Shown here: positions 57,820 through 64,000 of the stretch, in pieces
Numbering within the stretch: position 1 is the stretch's first letter
Layout: every line of letters begins with the position of its first letter
Source of the DNA: Promethearchaeota archaeon
GTDB taxonomy: Archaea > Asgardarchaeota > Lokiarchaeia > Sigyniarchaeales > SOKP01
Direction of reading: 5' to 3'
Length of the DNA: 64,000 bases
Assembly (NCBI GenBank): GCA_048938855.1
Contig: JBHLLT010000001.1
Coordinates: 160,024 to 224,023 of the forward strand
Program-made: the position numbers and the translations under genes
The notes under the pieces: model-generated
The model's database searches: none
Told to the model about the DNA's origin: nothing
What the model saw: the letters and a program-made list of their open reading frames with translations, nothing else

Positions 57820-58053
57820 TTTGATTATTTAAGTTCTTCTCTCACTATCTGAATTTAAATAATCTATAAATATCTTATGCTTCTAAAGCCCACAAATTCT
57901 TAAAAATTGAAATTTTAATAATATTTTGAGATCATTTTACGCTGAAATTGCTTGAAAATATTGTCATTTTTTTTAGAAAAAAAAAATTTGCAAAAATATT
58001 GTCAGAAAAATGATCTTAATTAGGTAATTAACCGATATAGAAAGAAAGGAGTA

Positions 58054-58229
58054 GGAAAGAACGGAAACCATGATATTCAAAATTGCAAAAAGAGGAGACG
58101 TATTTATCTAATAACAGGGTTAAGGGTTGAGGTATTTAGCCGATTCAACGGCATTAGGTAGTTCCCAACACGGAGTAATTCTCCGCATTTTAAGAATATA
58201 TTTTAGTATCATGATATTCCGATCTTTCT
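58054..58229. other. Imperfect inverted repeat enclosing small GC-rich hairpins (candidate structured RNA or MITE)
   Basis: GGAAAGAACGGAAACCATGATA (58054-75) pairs with TATCATGATATTCCGATCTTTCT (58207-29); inner GCCG/CGGC and CGGAG/CTCCG stems. Confidence 0.4.
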
Positions 58230-58564
58230 GTTTTAACAATATATGTTGAATTATTCTCGTATTTAAGCATTTCCTTTTTTTCTGATGACAAAACTGAATT
58301 TGAAGTATAAAATGAATTTATTGAAAATTTCAGAATTTCAATATTTTATTAAGACTTAGGTTAAATATAACAGAGATTTAAGAAAGTACGTCATGAATCT
58401 ATGCGTTTTTCCGTTTTAATAGATCAAATAAACTTTTTATTGCAGAAATATATATTTTAATAATTACTTTTCTGATCAATATGATAAATATGAATTGAAT
58501 GATAAACTTTATTTGTATGAACCCTTTTTTCTCATTTAATTAATTAATTTATAGGAAAAATAAA

Positions 58565-58840
58565 ATGTTTGGGAATTTAGAATTTTTTGGTAGTGCAACA
58601 GTTGGTGAACGTGGACAGGTTGTTCTGCCTATTGAGTTACGTAAGAAAATAAATCTTCAACCCAGTGAAAAGCTAATTGTTATGGGGACAATGAATGATA
58701 ATTTTATTCTTTTAATCAAAGCAGATTTCTTAACTGAAATTCTTGGAAGACTGGAACAAGGAGAAACTAAATTGAGAGAGTTATTAAGGGATAGTGCTAA
58801 TTCTGAATCAAATGATGACAATGAGGGAGATTTTATCTAA
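58565..58840 (+). CDS. AbrB/MazE/SpoVT-family DNA-binding protein
   Basis: ATVGERGQVVLPIELRKKINLQPSEKL. Confidence 0.9.
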   Translation: MFGNLEFFGSATVGERGQVVLPIELRKKINLQPSEKLIVMGTMNDNFILLIKADFLTEILGRLEQGETKLRELLRDSANSESNDDNEGDFI

Positions 58841-58858
58841 GCATAAGGTGGTTTTACA

Positions 58859-61093
58859 GTGAAAGCTAGAATGATTAAATATACGAAGCCATATCTCATT
58901 ATGATTGCATTATCCATAGGGTTGTTATATGCACAGGCTAATTTTAATTTGACATTACCAGATTATCTTTCAAAGATTGTGAATGTAGGGATTCAACAAG
59001 GAGGCGTGGAAAATGCAGTACCAAAGGCAATCCGGGAAATCGAAATGAATAGGACTTTATTGTTTCTCACGCCTGGAAACCAAACAGACGTGCTTGATGC
59101 TTATACATTGGTAAATAACGGAACTGTAGAAGCTGATCAATATGTCAAAAGATATCCTGCTCTACTTAACCAGTCGGTTTATATATTGACCAACGCGGGA
59201 AGTGCAAAAATTGCACATTTAAACCCTATTATGGCTAAGGCACTTTTGGTCGTGTCGTTCGTTAAAATGCTAATGGCAAATGATACTTTACGAATGCTTA
59301 TAAACGTTCAATTAGGCCTTTCACTCCCTGGTGGCACAGACTTATTTGAGTACCTTGAAACGCAACCACCTACAACAGTGGCATTAATTATAGCTTTTGT
59401 CGATTCGCAATTTAGCGCTCTTGGAGATATATTTATTATCCAAGCTGCAATCCAAGTGGTTAAGTTAGAATATAAGGCTCTTGGAATGGATCTAAACCAG
59501 CTGCAAATGAATTATCTGTTTTACTTTGGAGGTCTGATGATCCTATTAACGATACTCTCAATGGCGTGCACAATTGGAGTAGGTTATTTGTCTGCAAAGA
59601 TTGCTACTGGTATGGCTCGCAATATGCGTCGTGATGTATTCAAGAAGGTTGAAACTTTTTCTAATGTTGAGTTTGATAATTTTTCAACAGCATCTTTGAT
59701 CACTCGCTCAACAAATGATATAACACAAGTTCAGATGGCAATAATGATGATCATACGGTTGGTGTTTTATGCTCCAATATTGGGGATCGGTGGGATCATC
59801 CATGCTGTTGATTTAGCCCCAACTATGTGGTGGATAATTGCAATGGCAGTGGGTATATTGCTCAGCTTAATTCTAGTGGTTTTTTATATAGCTTTGCCCA
59901 AGTTTAAGAGTATACAGAAATTGGTAGATCGCCTCAATCTTGTAGCCCGCGAGAGTTTAACAGGGATGATGGTGGTAAGAGCGTTTAATAAACAACAATA
60001 TGAAGAAGCTCGGTTCGATAAAGCTAATATTGATCTTACAAAAGTATCTTTGTTTATCAATCGCGTGATGGTAATTATGATGCCCTTGATGATGATGTTG
60101 ATGAATGTACTTGTGATCATCATTATATGGGTTGGATCGCATGAGGTCGCTAATGCAAATCTACAAGTTGGTGACATGATTGCCTTTATGCAATATGCTA
60201 TTCAAGTCGTTATGTCTTTCCTTATGCTATCATTAATGTTCATTATTTTGCCCCGTGCTTCTGTATCTGTAAACCGTATTTCTAAGGTCTTAAATACTGA
60301 TGTATTAATTCAAGATCCCGAAAATCCAAAACACTTTGATGAACCATTTAAAGGAAGAATTGAATTCCGAAATGTAGCTTTCCGCTATGCCAGTGCGCCA
60401 GAAGACGCTCTACATGATATTTCATTTATTGCTAACTCTGGACAGGTTACAGCTTTTATTGGACCTACTGGATCTGGGAAATCTACGATTGTAAATTTAA
60501 TCCCACGTCTTTATGAAGCTACATCGGGAGAGATATTAATTGATGGTATTGATGTGCGTGAAGTAAGTCAACATGAATTACGTAATAAGATTGGTTATGT
60601 ACCACAAAAGGATACGTTATTTTCTGGGACTATCGCAAGTAACCTACTATTTGCAGATGAAAATGCAAGTGTTGATGATCTTAAATCTACTATACAAACC
60701 GCCCAAATCACTGAGTTTATGACAGCAAAATCCGATGGGTTAGATACTGAGATTGCTCAAGGTGGGCAGAATGTATCTGGAGGCCAAAAACAACGACTTG
60801 CAATTGCTCGAGCCTTAGTAAAGAAAGCTCCAATTTACATTTTAGATGACAGCTTTTCCAATTTGGATTTTAAAACCGACGTTGCTTTGCGTAAAGCCCT
60901 CCGAAATTCAACATCAGCAAGTACAGTAATTATAGTGACTCAAAGAGTTTCCACCATCAAAAATGCGGATCAGATTATTGTTATTGACGAGGGCAAAATT
61001 GTCGGAAAGGGAACACATACCGAACTCATGGAAAATTGTGCTATATACAGGGATATAGCGATTTCACAACTTGATTTGGAGGATTCATTATGA
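58859..61093 (+). CDS. ABC exporter half-transporter (TMD+NBD), degenerate-site subunit with a large extracellular insertion
   Basis: GPTGSGKST, VSGGQKQR, Walker B ILDDS (Asp for the catalytic Glu), Gln in the H-switch (TQR). Confidence 0.92.
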   Translation: MKARMIKYTKPYLIMIALSIGLLYAQANFNLTLPDYLSKIVNVGIQQGGVENAVPKAIREIEMNRTLLFLTPGNQTDVLDAYTLVNNGTVEADQYVKRYPALLNQSVYILTNAGSAKIAHLNPIMAKALLVVSFVKMLMANDTLRMLINVQLGLSLPGGTDLFEYLETQPPTTVALIIAFVDSQFSALGDIFIIQAAIQVVKLEYKALGMDLNQLQMNYLFYFGGLMILLTILSMACTIGVGYLSAKIATGMARNMRRDVFKKVETFSNVEFDNFSTASLITRSTNDITQVQMAIMMIIRLVFYAPILGIGGIIHAVDLAPTMWWIIAMAVGILLSLILVVFYIALPKFKSIQKLVDRLNLVARESLTGMMVVRAFNKQQYEEARFDKANIDLTKVSLFINRVMVIMMPLMMMLMNVLVIIIIWVGSHEVANANLQVGDMIAFMQYAIQVVMSFLMLSLMFIILPRASVSVNRISKVLNTDVLIQDPENPKHFDEPFKGRIEFRNVAFRYASAPEDALHDISFIANSGQVTAFIGPTGSGKSTIVNLIPRLYEATSGEILIDGIDVREVSQHELRNKIGYVPQKDTLFSGTIASNLLFADENASVDDLKSTIQTAQITEFMTAKSDGLDTEIAQGGQNVSGGQKQRLAIARALVKKAPIYILDDSFSNLDFKTDVALRKALRNSTSASTVIIVTQRVSTIKNADQIIVIDEGKIVGKGTHTELMENCAIYRDIAISQLDLEDSL

Positions 61094-62937
61094 TGCAACG
61101 ACATGGAGGTCCAATGAGAGGAGGTGGCCCAATGAGAGGTGCACTCAGTGCGCGTGAAAAGGCAACCGATTTTCGCGGGACAATGGGCAAATTATTTCGA
61201 TATATGGGAAGATATAAGGGATGGATATTTTTAGTCTTTATATTTGCTGCTGCATCAACAACTGCAAATATTATTGGCCCAAAAATTCTCGGAACGGCTA
61301 CTACAAACCTGATTACTGGCGTGATTGCTGAAATTACTGGTACAGGAACGATTGATTTTGTACAAATTGGCGGAATTTTACTTGAGGTATTAATGATATA
61401 TATTATATCAGCGGCTTTTGGTTTTATCCAAGGCTGGATTATGGCAAATATTTCAACTAATGTTGCTTATCGCTTCCGTCGGGATATTGCGGAGAAAATA
61501 AATCACTTACCGCTTAAATATTTTGATGGCACTACTCATGGGGAAGTTCTTTCTCGCATTACAAACGATGTTGATACTATTAATCAATCATTGAGTCAAA
61601 GTCTCACCCAGATTATTACATCGGTTGTAACAGTTATAGGTGTTTTAATTATGATGTTTACTATCAACTGGATTATGACACTGGTAGCGCTTGGGATGCT
61701 TCCATTATCACTAATATTAATGGGCGTGATCATCGGCCGATCACAGAAGTACTTTAAACAACAACAAGATAATTTGGGGCATGTAAATGGTCATGTGGAA
61801 GAAATGTTTGGCGGTCATATTGTAATAAAAGCTTTTAGTGGTGAAGAAAAAAGTGTCAAAAAGTTCAATAAGTTAAACAATAGTTGGTATAGAGGTTCCT
61901 GGAAAGCTAATTTTTACTCAGGATTGATGATGCCAATTATGTTCTTTATTGGCAACTTGGGATATGTAGCTGTAACAATTCTCGGTGCGTGGTTGGCAAT
62001 CCAGAACGTAATTACTGTGGGAGATATTCAAGCATTCATCCAGTATGTACGCTCGTTTACTCAGCCCCTAAGCCAAATTGCCAACATCTCCAATGTGCTC
62101 CAGCAAACTGCTGCTGCTGCTGAGCGTGTATTTAAATTTTTAGGGGAGAAAGAGGAAATTCAAGAAGTACCTAATCCTATAGAGTTAGATAGCATTAAAG
62201 GATTAGTAGAATTTCAAAATGTACACTTTGGATACAACCCAGATAAGATTATTATTCATGATTTCTCTGCAGTAGCACAACCCGGTCAAAAAATTGCCAT
62301 TGTGGGTCCAACAGGGGCAGGTAAAACCACCATTGTTAAGTTACTTATGCGTTTCTATGATTTAAACAGCGGAGCGATCCTTATAGATGGTTATGATAGC
62401 CGTGATTTCAAACGTGAAGACTTGCGCAATATGTTTGGAATGGTTCTGCAAGACACGTGGCTTTATAATGCTTCCATAATGGATAATATCCGTTATAGCA
62501 GTCAAGATGCAACTGACGAGGAAGTCTATGCTGCTGCGCGCACAGCACACGCTGATCATTTCATCAAAACATTACCTGATGGATATTCCATGATAATCAA
62601 TGAAGAAATAACAAATATCTCACAAGGTCAAATGCAATTATTAACCATCGCTCGTGCTATACTTGCGAATCCACCAATTCTCATCCTTGACGAAGCTACT
62701 AGTTCTGTTGACACACACACTGAGATCCTAATTCAGAAAGCCATGGATGCTTTAATGGAGAATAGAACCAGTTTTGTCATTGCGCATCGTTTATCCACTA
62801 TTCGCAATGCAGATAATATCTTAGTTGTACTGGATGGTGACATCGTGGAGCAAGGTACTCATAATGAGTTGCTAGCTCGAAGTGGTTATTATGCTGAATT
62901 ATATAATAGTCAATTTGAAAAGCTGAATAATAGTTAA
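61090..62937 (+). CDS. ABC exporter half-transporter, consensus-site subunit
   Basis: GPTGAGKTT, ISQGQ, ILDEATS, AHRLST; ATGA overlap with the upstream gene. Confidence 0.92.
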   Translation: MMQRHGGPMRGGGPMRGALSAREKATDFRGTMGKLFRYMGRYKGWIFLVFIFAAASTTANIIGPKILGTATTNLITGVIAEITGTGTIDFVQIGGILLEVLMIYIISAAFGFIQGWIMANISTNVAYRFRRDIAEKINHLPLKYFDGTTHGEVLSRITNDVDTINQSLSQSLTQIITSVVTVIGVLIMMFTINWIMTLVALGMLPLSLILMGVIIGRSQKYFKQQQDNLGHVNGHVEEMFGGHIVIKAFSGEEKSVKKFNKLNNSWYRGSWKANFYSGLMMPIMFFIGNLGYVAVTILGAWLAIQNVITVGDIQAFIQYVRSFTQPLSQIANISNVLQQTAAAAERVFKFLGEKEEIQEVPNPIELDSIKGLVEFQNVHFGYNPDKIIIHDFSAVAQPGQKIAIVGPTGAGKTTIVKLLMRFYDLNSGAILIDGYDSRDFKREDLRNMFGMVLQDTWLYNASIMDNIRYSSQDATDEEVYAAARTAHADHFIKTLPDGYSMIINEEITNISQGQMQLLTIARAILANPPILILDEATSSVDTHTEILIQKAMDALMENRTSFVIAHRLSTIRNADNILVVLDGDIVEQGTHNELLARSGYYAELYNSQFEKLNNS

Positions 62938-63052
62938 ATAAATTTTAAATTTCTTTTTTTTTTAACTTACCTCTAATTATCTAAAAACGGATATATATTA
63001 AATGGAAAGATGATTTTGAAAATTTTCTTTTGGAAAAATTTCAAGAATTTTA

Positions 63053-64000
63053 TCATCTAAATTTCCAAATTTTTATTGTTTTATCATTTGAACCGCTCAC
63101 GATAAACTCACTATTCGGAGAAATCACTACTGAGTTTATTTCCTTTTTGTGACCCTCAAGTGTTGCTAGAAGTTCTCCTGTTGAAAAATCCCATACTTTA
63201 ACTGTTTTATCGAATGATCCACTAACTATATATTTGTTATCTGGAGAAATCGCTACGGATGATACATAAAATGTATGTCCTTCAAGAGCCTTAAAAAGTT
63301 TTCTATTAGAAATCTCCCAGACTCTTATGATTTTATCATTTGAGCCGCTTACTAGATACTTTCCGTTTGGAGAAAAAGCTACAGAGGTGACATTTTTATT
63401 ATAACCACTTATAGTAATAACAAGTTCTCCACTTTTTAAGTCCCAAATTTTTATCGTTTTATCGTTTGAAGCGCTTGCGATAAATTTATTATCAGAAGAG
63501 ATGGCAACTGAAGGAATTTCTTTTCCATGCCCTTTAATTGTTTTCAAAAGTTCCCCGGTTGAGAAATCCCAGATTTTTATTTCTTTATCGAAAGAACTGC
63601 TTACTATATAATTGCCATCAGGAGAAATCGCTACAGCTAAGACATAAAATGTGTGTCCAGTAAGAGTTTTTATAAGCTCGCCAGTATTGAGATCCCACAC
63701 TTTTACAGTCTTATCATTTGATCCACTGATGATATATTGCCCATCAGATGAAATTGCCACTGAGTTTATATATTTCTTATGACCTCTGAGAGTTCTTACA
63801 AGTTTCCCTGTATTCAACTCCCAGATTTTTATCAATGTATCTTTGGAACCACTTACTATAGATTCATTATCTGGCGATATAGCAATTGAAGTAATACCCA
63901 TTGCATGCTTGAGTGTATGAGAAAGCACAATATTTTCAAACACAAGAGGGGCTACGGGGGTAATAGTCTCCTCTATAACTTGTTCTTCTAAAAGAATTTC
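63053..64000 (-). CDS. WD40 beta-propeller protein (7 repeats), 5' end outside the window
   Basis: GH...V.SVAISPD...IVSGS.DKT(I/V)K(I/V)WD repeats; the frame stays open upstream of 63943 to the window edge (EILLEEQVIEETITPVAPLV). Confidence 0.92.
   Translation of the reverse strand, partial: EILLEEQVIEETITPVAPLVFENIVLSHTLKHAMGITSIAISPDNESIVSGSKDTLIKIWELNTGKLVRTLRGHKKYINSVAISSDGQYIISGSNDKTVKVWDLNTGELIKTLTGHTFYVLAVAISPDGNYIVSSSFDKEIKIWDFSTGELLKTIKGHGKEIPSVAISSDNKFIASASNDKTIKIWDLKSGELVITISGYNKNVTSVAFSPNGKYLVSGSNDKIIRVWEISNRKLFKALEGHTFYVSSVAISPDNKYIVSGSFDKTVKVWDFSTGELLATLEGHKKEINSVVISPNSEFIVSGSNDKTIKIWKFR

Noticed and set aside
993-62559. Short 60-120 aa ORFs nested in or antisense to long genes (e.g. 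993, 3993, 9675, 24241, 30967, 37541, 50561, 59884)
   Set aside because: They overlap well-supported genes and have no motifs; shadow ORFs.
1-64000. CRISPR arrays, transposases, integrases, rRNA
   Set aside because: No repeat-spacer array or recognisable motifs seen, and no att-like duplicate of the tRNA 3' end noticed.

Overview
AT-rich archaeal sequence, most likely Asgard (Lokiarchaeia-like). This is inferred from the Rab/Arf-like GTPases, roadblock and longin domains, E1/E2 ubiquitin-system enzymes, a Loki-CTERM-like tail and an intron-containing archaeal tRNA. 1-9.4 kb: a surface-glycosylation / nucleotide-sugar cluster. 10.3-32.7 kb is the most striking region. It has two tandem ~2,670-aa type I membrane proteins, each with 3x[DUF2341-like + LamG] tips, a near-identical stalk, one TM helix and a cytoplasmic longin/uDENN-like plus winged-helix tail. 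They are bracketed by two paralogous longin-Arf-like GTPase genes; one is fused to a roadblock domain and a second, Rab-like GTPase, and a stand-alone roadblock gene lies nearby. This looks like a receptor-coupled small-GTPase signalling module. Both longin-GTPase genes appear to start at ATT. 33-55 kb: housekeeping genes, a Rab-like GTPase, a 2,100-aa 18-repeat helical rod, a Uba2/Uba3-like E1, an E2 with a Cdc34/Ubc7-length loop, a 9-bp-period CATG array, a two-intron tRNA-Tyr, an M1 peptidase, PDCD5-like and HDAC-like genes. 55-64 kb: an ochre-interrupted CoiA-like nuclease, a tandem duplication of beta-helix genes, a candidate structured RNA or MITE, an AbrB-led heterodimeric ABC exporter and a partial WD40 gene. 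All domain calls come from reading motifs by eye; no searches were run.
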